64,000 nucleotides of DNA from Spirochaetia bacterium (GTDB lineage: Bacteria; Spirochaetota; Spirochaetia; CADAEX01): NCBI GenBank assembly GCA_963662795.1, contig OY759746.1, forward strand, positions 864,001-928,000, read 5' to 3'. Shown here one piece after another: positions 50,954 to 59,430 of this stretch (position 1 is the stretch's first letter; each line of letters opens with the position of its first letter). The notes under the pieces were generated by a model. That model worked only from the letters and a program-made list of their open reading frames with translations. It did no database searches and had not been told where the DNA came from. A program made the translations under genes and the position numbers.

Positions 50954-52150
50954 TTAAACATATTTGCATAATGCTTTCTCAATATTAAGCATACATTTTT
51001 CAAGAATTATTCTGGGACAAGCGACATTTATTCTTTCAAATCCCGAACCTGCTTCTCCAAACATATAACCTTCATCGAGTGCAACTCGTGCATCGAAAAG
51101 CATTATATCTTCCAACTCATCGTTAGTTAGAAAATATTTAGTGAAATCAAGCCAGACTAAAAATGTTCCTTCAGGATTTGACATATTAATTAAAGGTAAT
51201 TTTTCATTTATGAAATTTCTTAGAAAATCAACATTAGTATCGATGTATTCATTAACCTGGTCAAGCCATTCTTCACATTTACTATAAGCTGCTTCACATG
51301 CAACAATACTTAGAGGATTAATAAAACTGAATCCGTTTTCAACTTCTACATGTTTAATCCATTTTTTCCTTAATTCCGGTGAATTAATAATAATGTTTGA
51401 TATCTGCAACCCGGCAATATTGAAAGTTTTACTTGGAGCAGTACATGTTATAATTTTGTCTTTGTATTCAGGATATATTTTTTCAATTGGATAATGTTTA
51501 ATATTATTTCTTACAATATCACAATGTATCTCATCAGAAATTATCCATTTATCATACTTTTCACATAGTTCTGCTGTTTTTTTTAGTTCTTCCACCTTCC
51601 ACACCCTTCCTACCGGATTATGGGGACTGCACAATAAAAATATTTTATTACCTTTATCTTTAAGTTTTGCTTCAAGATCATCAAAATCAACACCATAAGA
51701 CCCGTTTTTATATATCAGATTATTATTTACAATTCTACGATTTTTATTTTTAATTTTTTCTTTAAAAGGATAATAAACAGGTTCTTGAATTATTACACCA
51801 TCATGCTCCTCTGTTAATATTGATATAAGAAAACTGATAGCAGGAACAATTCCAGGAGAATTATAAATGCTGTCTTTATTAATATTCCAGTCAAATCTTT
51901 TTCCAAACCACCGGCAAACACTATCATAATAAGCTTCTGATTTGTTTATTGAATAACCTAATATTTTTTTATCAACTCTATCATGAAGAGCTTCTATTAT
52001 TGGGGGCGCACATTCAAAATCCATATCTGCAATCCACAGCGGAAGAACATCCTTTGGAGCTTTTTTAAAAAAATTATTGAGATAGTCCCATTTAAGACTA
52101 TCTGTCCCTTTTCTTGCAACAAGTATGTCAAAATTATAATTCAACCTCAA
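50954..52150 (-). CDS. MalY/PatB family PLP-dependent C-S lyase/aminotransferase (island 2)
   Basis: LWIADMDF, CSPHNPVGRVW, DEIHCD, APSKTFNIAGL, EGTFLVWLDF. Start is TTG at 52150 or 52144. Confidence 0.92.
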   Translation of the reverse strand: MRLNYNFDILVARKGTDSLKWDYLNNFFKKAPKDVLPLWIADMDFECAPPIIEALHDRVDKKILGYSINKSEAYYDSVCRWFGKRFDWNINKDSIYNSPGIVPAISFLISILTEEHDGVIIQEPVYYPFKEKIKNKNRRIVNNNLIYKNGSYGVDFDDLEAKLKDKGNKIFLLCSPHNPVGRVWKVEELKKTAELCEKYDKWIISDEIHCDIVRNNIKHYPIEKIYPEYKDKIITCTAPSKTFNIAGLQISNIIINSPELRKKWIKHVEVENGFSFINPLSIVACEAAYSKCEEWLDQVNEYIDTNVDFLRNFINEKLPLINMSNPEGTFLVWLDFTKYFLTNDELEDIMLFDARVALDEGYMFGEAGSGFERINVACPRIILEKCMLNIEKALCKYV

Positions 52151-52211
52151 ACCTCTATTTCTTGCTTATTAGTCATTGTTAAAAATACTGAATGTATATT
52201 AGCACACAACA

Positions 52212-52315
52212 TAACATCTGTCCATATAAAATACGAACTTTGTTCGTGTTTTATATGGACATTATTCGCTATTAATAACTTTCGGATTGACTAATGATTA
52301 ACCCTCCATTAAACT
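52212..52315. promoter_or_regulatory. 43-bp inverted repeat/operator array and promoter between divergent malY-like and DMT genes
   Basis: TGTCCATATAAAATACGAAC-TTT-GTTCGTGTTTTATATGGACA (52219-52261) centred on CGAACTTTGTTCG. Second site TGGACATTATTCG (52256-68). TTGACT (52287)-N17-TAAACT (52310). Confidence 0.72.
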
Positions 52316-52320
52316 TAATA

Positions 52321-53184
52321 ATGATGGAAACTAAAACACTAAGCGACAATAAAAAACTGGCTTTCATTTATATGTTTATATCTGCTGTATTCTTCACTTT
52401 AATGAGTACAGCCGTCAAATATGGAAGTGATATATCATTTATTCATAAAGTTTTTTTCAGAAATTTCATCACATTTTTAATGATATTTTTTTTAATTCAC
52501 AAAAAAAATATATCTATTTGTTTTAATATTAATAAATATTTTTATCTTTTAGTATTAAGAGCCTTAACAGGTTTGGCAGGTGTTCTTTGTTATTTCTATG
52601 CACTAAAAGATATCCCTCTTGCTGATGCCTGTATTCTTAATAAACTTTCTCCATTTTTTATAATTATTTTTTCTAGTCTATTTCTAAAAGAAAAAATCAA
52701 TAGAAATACTTTCTTTTTAATTGTTATTTCATTTATCGGAACTGTTTTAATTATTAAGCCAGCTTTTCACATGGCACTATACCCAGCTTCAGGAGCTGTT
52801 TTATCGGCATTTTTTGCCGGAATATCATATACAATTATAAGATCATTAAAAAAGATAGAAAAGCCTGAAATAATTATATTATATTTTTCAGGTATTTCAT
52901 CATTGCTTTTGCTTTTTCCATCATTTTTAACATTTAAAAGTTATAATTATATTCAATTATCAGTTCTATGTTTAATTGGCATATTTGCTACAGGTGGTCA
53001 ATTCTTTTTAACAAAAGGATTTCAGGTTTATAACGCGGGAGAAATTTCAATAGTCAGTTATTCACAGATACTTTTTTCCTTCATCATTGATATTTTCCTT
53101 TTTAAGGAATTCCCTGACTTTTATTCTTTGACTGGAGGTTGTCTGATAATAATAAGCGGAATAATATTTTATTTGAAAAAATAA
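52321..53184 (+). CDS. DMT/EamA family transporter
   Basis: 10-TM EamA pattern (VFFRNFI, LRALTG..G..CYFYAL, LSPFF..FLKEK, GGQFFLTKG). Start moved from 52294 to 52321/52324 because the promoter overlaps the upstream codons. Confidence 0.85.
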   Translation: MMETKTLSDNKKLAFIYMFISAVFFTLMSTAVKYGSDISFIHKVFFRNFITFLMIFFLIHKKNISICFNINKYFYLLVLRALTGLAGVLCYFYALKDIPLADACILNKLSPFFIIIFSSLFLKEKINRNTFFLIVISFIGTVLIIKPAFHMALYPASGAVLSAFFAGISYTIIRSLKKIEKPEIIILYFSGISSLLLLFPSFLTFKSYNYIQLSVLCLIGIFATGGQFFLTKGFQVYNAGEISIVSYSQILFSFIIDIFLFKEFPDFYSLTGGCLIIISGIIFYLKK

Positions 53185-53263
53185 TGAAAAGATCATATCA
53201 ATACAGATGAAGATACGATAGTTCTTGAGTCTTAATAATTTGTCTTTAAAAAGGAGAAGAAAA

Positions 53264-54169
53264 ATGAACAATCCAAAAAGAATGCTTTCGGGTGTGTTTT
53301 CACCGAACTGTACTCCATTTATAAATGATAAAGTTGATTATTATGGAATAGAAAAAAATATTGAAAAATTAAATCGATCAGAGCTGAAAGGATATTTTGT
53401 TCTTGGTACAAACGGAGAATTTAAAGCACTTACCGAATCTGAAAAATTTAAAGTCCTTAAAACTTATATCAAATATTCATGCGATAATAAAATTATTATG
53501 GCTGGCACAGGGTGTGAAAGTACTTACGAAACAATTAAAATGACAAAAAAAGCAGCTGATATGGGTGCAAAATTGGTAAGTCTCTTAATGCCTAATTTCT
53601 TTGTAAATAAAATTAATGCAGATGTTATGGTTTCACATATTATAGAAGTAGCAGACAACTCTCCTGTCCCTGTGGTTCTTTATAATAATCCGTCAGTTGC
53701 AGCGGGAGTAACTATTACTACAGATGTAATAAAAAGAGTAAAAGATCACCCGAGTGTTGCTGGGATTAAAGACAGTTCAAATGACACATGGCCTGAAATA
53801 GTAAAATATGATTCAGAAGATTTTTCAGTACTTGCAGGATCTGCAGGATACTTTTTTGAACTTCTTGAAGCAGGGGGTACAGGGGGAGTTCTTTCCCTTG
53901 CAAATGTATTTCCCGATTCATGTGCAAAACTCTACAGACTTTATACAAGCGGAAGCACGGAGAAAGCGAGGAAGCTTAAGGATGACCTTGTATCATTAAA
54001 CAAAAAGGTTTCAGGAAGCTATGGAGTTGAAGGAGTCAAATATGCAATGGAACTTGCCGGTTTTTCAGGGGGTAATCCACGAAGACCTCTTAAAGCACTT
54101 ACAGACGATCAAAAAAACTCTGTTGAAAAAGACCTTAAAGAAAGCGGATTTTTAAATCATAGAAAATAA
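53264..54169 (+). CDS. DHDPS/NAL-family class I aldolase, 4-hydroxy-2-oxoglutarate/2-keto-3-deoxy-sugar-acid aldolase-like
   Basis: GTNGE rather than DapA GTTGE, VADNSPVPVVLYN, Schiff-base IKDSS, VLAGSAG..GG..SLANV. ATG after AAGGAG. Confidence 0.85.
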   Translation: MNNPKRMLSGVFSPNCTPFINDKVDYYGIEKNIEKLNRSELKGYFVLGTNGEFKALTESEKFKVLKTYIKYSCDNKIIMAGTGCESTYETIKMTKKAADMGAKLVSLLMPNFFVNKINADVMVSHIIEVADNSPVPVVLYNNPSVAAGVTITTDVIKRVKDHPSVAGIKDSSNDTWPEIVKYDSEDFSVLAGSAGYFFELLEAGGTGGVLSLANVFPDSCAKLYRLYTSGSTEKARKLKDDLVSLNKKVSGSYGVEGVKYAMELAGFSGGNPRRPLKALTDDQKNSVEKDLKESGFLNHRK

Positions 54170-54333
54170 TTTATCAGAATCCTTTAAGTTTAAAATTAAT
54201 TGCGTTCTTTTAACAGTCTCCTAAAGCACGTTTTTTTAGGTAATCATGATACAAAAAGGCCAAGTTACGGTATAAAAGTCGTGTCAAAACAACCAGGCAG
54301 AAAAGAAGGCTTTGAAAAAAAGGTATAACATAA

Positions 54334-54763
54334 TTAATTGACGGCGGAACAGTCTATATTAACTCGGCAGAAAACAATCGGGTTTACAGATTGAGAGGCG
54401 GTCCACTCGAACAGATTACCGAAGACCAGTCTCTTGTTTGAAAATACTACAGGTCTGAAAAAATGACAAAAGAGGAAATAAGAAAGCACCCCAGAAATAA
54501 TATTCTCACCTGCGCACTTGGATCAGACGCGGACATGCTGCCGAACAGTATTGAAAGCTACAGGCTTGATGCTGAAGATAATGATCTGTATCTTCTCTTC
54601 AGCGACGGACTAAGCGTCATGTTAAGCGACATGGAAATGGAAGATATTCTTGTGATGGATGGGTCTGTTGATCATATCGTTAACAAACTTCTTGTAGCGG
54701 TAATGGAAAGCGGCGGCAGGGGTATTATTTCCTTAATACTTGTTAAAAGTTGATTTTTTATAG
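54334..54763 (+). pseudogene. Degenerate copy of the 3' half of the PP2C phosphatase gene (direct repeat B of 38703-39132)
   Basis: In-frame homology from LIDG to the stop. TGG changed to TGA at 54439. GDSR and the GRDN metal-binding motif are corrupted. No 5' half. Confidence 0.92.
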
Positions 54764-55246
54764 TTATTTAAGCTTATCCTTTGAATGTTCAAAAAATGAG
54801 ATAATCCGGCTTTCGTCAAGAAATTCCGGAGCCGCATCAGGTACACCCTTGTAATAGATTTCCATTCCCGGTTTCTTTTTTGAATCTTTTTTCCCGTAAA
54901 AAAGAAGAGTCATTTCAGACATATTCAGAAAAGATCCGTAATCCCGTTTGATTATATTTTCATCTTTAAGTTTTTTATACTTAACAAGGATCTCTTCTTC
55001 TTTCGAGAATACATTGGAAGCAATAGCGCTGTATCTGGTATATTTCATCTCTTTCACGCCAAGCGGGACTATGTTGATATAAACAATATTGGAACTAACG
55101 TCAGAACCTTTCAAAACCGCCCAGAAAACAGCTATATCCTCAGCTTTAAATATATAATCAGCGCCATAGTAAGTATTATCCTGGGAATAGCCGGGTACTG
55201 TTAATATGATAAAAAATAGTACTGCCATTATTGCCGTTTTTTTCAT
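54764..55246 (-). CDS. Hypothetical exported protein
   Basis: Signal-peptide-like N-terminus, AGGAG RBS, 7 bp after the ABC ATPase gene. Confidence 0.75.
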   Translation of the reverse strand: MKKTAIMAVLFFIILTVPGYSQDNTYYGADYIFKAEDIAVFWAVLKGSDVSSNIVYINIVPLGVKEMKYTRYSAIASNVFSKEEEILVKYKKLKDENIIKRDYGSFLNMSEMTLLFYGKKDSKKKPGMEIYYKGVPDAAPEFLDESRIISFFEHSKDKLK

Positions 55247-55253
55247 AAAGCTC

Positions 55254-56339
55254 CTACCTTTCGAGAATTTTCATCCGTTTTTCATCAAGGATTATTTCGA
55301 CCTCCTGGTTACACTTAAAAGTCACCTGTCCGAAGGAATCATATAATGATACTTTAATTGTAAAACTTTCTGCCGCGACTGTGTAGTCTACCCTGTCGCC
55401 GAGAAAAGCCCTCTCAATAACAGTTCCCCTTATTTTGGATTCCGGGTTCACTTCTTTAAGTCTTACAGCTTCAGGTCTTAATAAAACATCCGCACTGTCC
55501 CCCGGTTTTACACTTTTCCGGAAATTATTTACTGAAAATTTCTCCCCTTCAATATCAGCGACTGCTTCTTCATCCGCGGAACTGACAATCTTAGAGGGTA
55601 TTGCATTGATAGCGCCGATGAATTTGGCGACGAATTCCGTTTTTGGATTATAGTAAAGATCTTCCGCGGTTCCTATCTGAATAATATCTCCATGATTCAT
55701 GACAATTATTCTGTCTGAGATTGCCATCGCCTCTTCCTGATCATGGGTAACATAAAGAGTACTTATTGACAGCGCTTTCTGCAGACGCCTGATTTCACCC
55801 CTGGTTGAGATCCTGAGTTTTGCGTCCAGATTCGAAAGAGGTTCATCAAGCAGAAGCACTTTAGGTTTGATCACAATTGCCCTTGCAAGAGCTACCCGCT
55901 GCTGTTCGCCGCCTGACATCTGGTGCGGAAACTGCTCCTGATATCCTTCAAGTTTTACAAGTTCGAGCGCTTCATCGACCCGCTTGTCAATTTCATTCTT
56001 GTCGACACCCCTTACTTTCAATCCGTAGGCAACATTTTCAGAAACTGATAAATGGGGAAATAACGCATAATTCTGAAAAACAAACCCTATATCCCGCTGG
56101 TTGGCCATCTGATCAGTAACATCTTCAGAGCCGATAAAAACTTTACCGCTGTCCGGTTCTTCGAACCCGGCAAGCATTCTCATTGTAGTGGTCTTACCGC
56201 ACCCTGAAGGCCCCAGCAGAGTCAGAAGTTCGCCGGGTTCAACTTCGAGGCTCACTCCGTTTACAGCGGATATCTTTCCTTTAAGCTGATGGATATATGT
56301 TTTTGTCAGGTTCTCAAGTTTTATGTTTACAGATTTCAT
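55254..56339 (-). CDS. ABC ATP-binding protein, FbpC/AfuC-type
   Basis: GPSGCGKTT, FQNYALFPH, MSGGEQQR, DEPLSNLD, TOBE C-terminus. Confidence 0.9.
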   Translation of the reverse strand: MKSVNIKLENLTKTYIHQLKGKISAVNGVSLEVEPGELLTLLGPSGCGKTTTMRMLAGFEEPDSGKVFIGSEDVTDQMANQRDIGFVFQNYALFPHLSVSENVAYGLKVRGVDKNEIDKRVDEALELVKLEGYQEQFPHQMSGGEQQRVALARAIVIKPKVLLLDEPLSNLDAKLRISTRGEIRRLQKALSISTLYVTHDQEEAMAISDRIIVMNHGDIIQIGTAEDLYYNPKTEFVAKFIGAINAIPSKIVSSADEEAVADIEGEKFSVNNFRKSVKPGDSADVLLRPEAVRLKEVNPESKIRGTVIERAFLGDRVDYTVAAESFTIKVSLYDSFGQVTFKCNQEVEIILDEKRMKILER

Positions 56340-56352
56340 CAAAATACTCCTT

Positions 56353-58065
56353 CTATGCTCCGAAAAGGGACGTTATCCGCAGCGCTCCCGGCTGCCTTAG
56401 AGATTTAAGGACAAAACTTATTCCTGTAATTACAATAAAAACAGTAATTACGACAAACACGGAAAAAGCGGCAGATACGCCAAGGTGCAGTTCTGTCATG
56501 TTCTCGAGAATACTTACAGTAATGAGATTCCAGTTAAGGGAAACCAGAAATATTGCGGCGCTGATTGCTGTCATGGACCTTATAAATACTATTCCAAGGC
56601 CTGAGAATAAACCCGGTAAAATCAGGGGAACCGTTATCCTTCTGAAAGTATATATTGAACTTGCCCCCAGGCTTACTGAAGCTTCCTCGATTCCGGGATG
56701 GATCTGCTGGAGAATTGCAACAGTTGATCTTATCCCGTTGGCGCCGTACTTGGAGACATTGCAGAAGATAATTATAAGAGCTGTCCCTGTAAGAATAATT
56801 GGGCGCTTATTGAACGCTATCAGATAGGCAATACCTACTATAGTCCCGGGCAGTGCGTAATTGATCATGGCAACTATTTCCATGAATTTTCTTGAAAAGA
56901 ATTTTTTCTTTGCTGTAATATAGCCCACGACAACCCCGTACAGACCGCCGAGCAGCATACCTGATATTGAGATGATAAGTGTATCCTTGATAACCTCACG
57001 GCCTCTTGTGAATATCGCTTTGTAGTGGGTAAGTGTAAATGTATTATTCGCGCCGAATGCCTCTATCAGCGATGCATACAGCAGAAGAATATAAAAGTAC
57101 AGAATGAAAAGTACTGTTAAAAGACAGATAAACAGGAACAGGTATCTGGTTTTATTCCCGACACTCTTAAATTTTGTCTGTGAACCTGATTTACCGGTTA
57201 TTGTAACAAGGTTCCTCCTTCCTACCCAGTAACGCTGCAGAAAGAAAACAGCAAGAGACGGAATAAGAAGGATGAATGACAGGATCGCTCCTCCCTTCAT
57301 GTCAAATAATCCTGTAATCTGAAGAAACGCTTCTGTCGGAAGCAGGGGGAATCCGTTACCCGCTAAAATAAGAGGCGTAGCGAAGTCCGCGAGGGATGCG
57401 GCGAAAAGGAGAAGAAAGGAGTTGGCAAGACCTGAAGTGGAAAGGGGGAATGTTACTTTTCTGAAAACGTCCCACCTTGAACTGCCGAGGCTGAAAGCCA
57501 TGTCCTCTACAGTCGGATCAATACCGCCCAGTATACCTTTAAGCGTAATATATGAAATCGGAAAATACGTTATTGTTTCAGCAAAAAGGGTGCTCCACAT
57601 CCCGTAAACTTCAAAATGCTCTAACCCCAGCAGATTGTAGGTAATAAGGCCTCTGGGCCCGAATGAAAAAATAACAGTAATTGCCATTGTAAATGGGGGT
57701 GATATCAGCGGCAGGATAATAGCCCAGTCAAGAAGCCTAGACCACGACTTGGAAAGATTAGCCCTTACGGCAGTAAAAGCGAAGAAAAACCCCAGGGCAG
57801 TACCGCATATACCGACAAGTGTTCCCAGCAGGATACTGTTCCAGGCTGCAATATGGGTATATTTCTTTCCAAGAATCTTAAGCAGCCCGGACAGCTGAAA
57901 ATGTCCGCCTTCTGTAAAAGCAATCGAAAGAATTTTAAATATCGGGAAAAGGACAAATAACGCCAGGAACATCCAGATAACAATAACACTGGTAAGTAAA
58001 GCAGGATCCTTGACAAGGTTTCCAAGGGTATCAGTATTTTTCCTTTTAAAAGTCAAGACGGACAT
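56353..58065 (-). CDS. ABC permease, FbpB/AfuB-type (two BPD_transp_1 halves)
   Basis: LISPPF, EDMAFSLGSS..FRKVTFP, ADFATP, EEASVSLGAS..RRITVPLI. Confidence 0.9.
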   Translation of the reverse strand: MSVLTFKRKNTDTLGNLVKDPALLTSVIVIWMFLALFVLFPIFKILSIAFTEGGHFQLSGLLKILGKKYTHIAAWNSILLGTLVGICGTALGFFFAFTAVRANLSKSWSRLLDWAIILPLISPPFTMAITVIFSFGPRGLITYNLLGLEHFEVYGMWSTLFAETITYFPISYITLKGILGGIDPTVEDMAFSLGSSRWDVFRKVTFPLSTSGLANSFLLLFAASLADFATPLILAGNGFPLLPTEAFLQITGLFDMKGGAILSFILLIPSLAVFFLQRYWVGRRNLVTITGKSGSQTKFKSVGNKTRYLFLFICLLTVLFILYFYILLLYASLIEAFGANNTFTLTHYKAIFTRGREVIKDTLIISISGMLLGGLYGVVVGYITAKKKFFSRKFMEIVAMINYALPGTIVGIAYLIAFNKRPIILTGTALIIIFCNVSKYGANGIRSTVAILQQIHPGIEEASVSLGASSIYTFRRITVPLILPGLFSGLGIVFIRSMTAISAAIFLVSLNWNLITVSILENMTELHLGVSAAFSVFVVITVFIVITGISFVLKSLRQPGALRITSLFGA

Positions 58066-58088
58066 TTTTATTCCTTTATTAATAATTT

Positions 58089-59138
58089 TTACTGCTGAAG
58101 TACAGTTTCAATCCACTTGTCAACAATACGTTTTCTGTTGTCGCCAGAGTATTTCGGGTCTATCGGGAATATTTTAGCAGCGCTCCTTAAAGCTTCCTTA
58201 AGTTCCGGCTGTGTTTCAACTCCGGGATAAACAGGTATAAAATTTATTTTATATGGCGCATAATAGTTCTGCATTTTTTCCGATGTCGCCCAGTCTATAA
58301 GTTTTTTGCCAAGTCCGGGGTGTTTAGCTCCTTTTATAAGAGCAATCCCTTCAGCGGCAGATCCAATGCCTTCTTTCGGAAAGGATATTACAACATCATA
58401 GCCTGCCTGCTGTGTTTTGAGTGCATCAACAATAAAGAAAATACCCATTCCGGCCTGCCCAAGTCCGACTGGAACTGTTCCGCCGCCGCCGGATTTTGTG
58501 TACACCTGTACATTAGCTGAAAGTTTTTTCATGTACGCAAAAGCGTCATCCTCATCCCTGTTATTTACCTCAAGGATTGAAAATATTCTTGTTACAGCAG
58601 TTCCGGAGGTACGTGCATCAGCGAACTGGATCATTTTGGTATATGCGGGATCAAGGATATCATTCCAGGATGTAGGAGCTTTAAGCTTTTTTTCTTCAAG
58701 AAATTTCTTATTTGTCATGAAACACAAGGGATCATCAGCAATAGCTATCCAGTACCCGTCCTTTTCTTTAAAGCGCTCTTCCAGTTTGGCGAATGACGGT
58801 GATTTGTAAGGCTCAAATACACCTTCGTTCATTCCTGCCCCGAATGTTTCAATCGGCCCGCCGAAAAGTACATCTACCTGGGGATTATCCTTTTCAGCTA
58901 TTACGCGGGTCAAAGCCTCGCCCGAAGAAAACCGCATGAAATTAACTTTTATGCCGGTAGCTTTTTCAAATTCCTCAAACATGGGTGTTGCCCAGTTCTC
59001 AGGCCAGATGGAATAAGCATTCAGGACTGTTCCTTCATCAACCTTTGTAACTGCTTCCTTGTTTCCTCCGGCAAAAATAAGCGAAAGCGGAAGAATAAAA
59101 ATACAGACCAGAAGCAGCACTTTTTTGTAATTATTCAT
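58089..59138 (-). CDS. ABC substrate-binding protein, Fe3+/AfuA/phosphonate-type
   Basis: FEKATGIKV..SSGE..R..AEKDNPQVDV..GG, P.SW.D, TSGTA, P.EG. Confidence 0.88.
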   Translation of the reverse strand: MNNYKKVLLLVCIFILPLSLIFAGGNKEAVTKVDEGTVLNAYSIWPENWATPMFEEFEKATGIKVNFMRFSSGEALTRVIAEKDNPQVDVLFGGPIETFGAGMNEGVFEPYKSPSFAKLEERFKEKDGYWIAIADDPLCFMTNKKFLEEKKLKAPTSWNDILDPAYTKMIQFADARTSGTAVTRIFSILEVNNRDEDDAFAYMKKLSANVQVYTKSGGGGTVPVGLGQAGMGIFFIVDALKTQQAGYDVVISFPKEGIGSAAEGIALIKGAKHPGLGKKLIDWATSEKMQNYYAPYKINFIPVYPGVETQPELKEALRSAAKIFPIDPKYSGDNRKRIVDKWIETVLQQ

Positions 59139-59430
59139 AATTACCCTCCTTAAAGGTAAAAAATCACGAAATTGCTCCGTTTTTTTAAATATCTTAATTT
59201 AAAAATTAAAGCCGATAACAGCGTAAAACCATAAATTAATAGCAGCCAAATTTAATCATATTACCCCATATCCGGGTTGTCAATTATTTGTTTTTTTATG
59301 CCTTCTCAGGCGCAGCACTGTTTAACTGCCATGATGGTAATTTTTAGAATTTCCCTTCCCCTGATCAAATCTTTTTGTTGCATGAAGGGGTATTTTTAAG
59401 CATAATAGCTGTACAGGAAGCATCAGTAAA

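Noticed and set aside
28668-53184. Staphylopine/pseudopaline-type opine metallophore system (ODH + Opp ABC + DMT/MFS exporter)
   Set aside because: No nicotianamine-synthase-like (CntL) gene and no obvious Fur/Zur context. The ODHs are ~360-aa CENDH/octopine type, and the IclR, kinase, dehydratase and aldolase context points to catabolism. A biosynthetic direction is not formally excluded.
54463-54753. 96-aa ORF as an independent phosphatase
   Set aside because: It is the tail of the PP2C pseudogene after an in-frame stop and lacks the N-terminal catalytic motifs.
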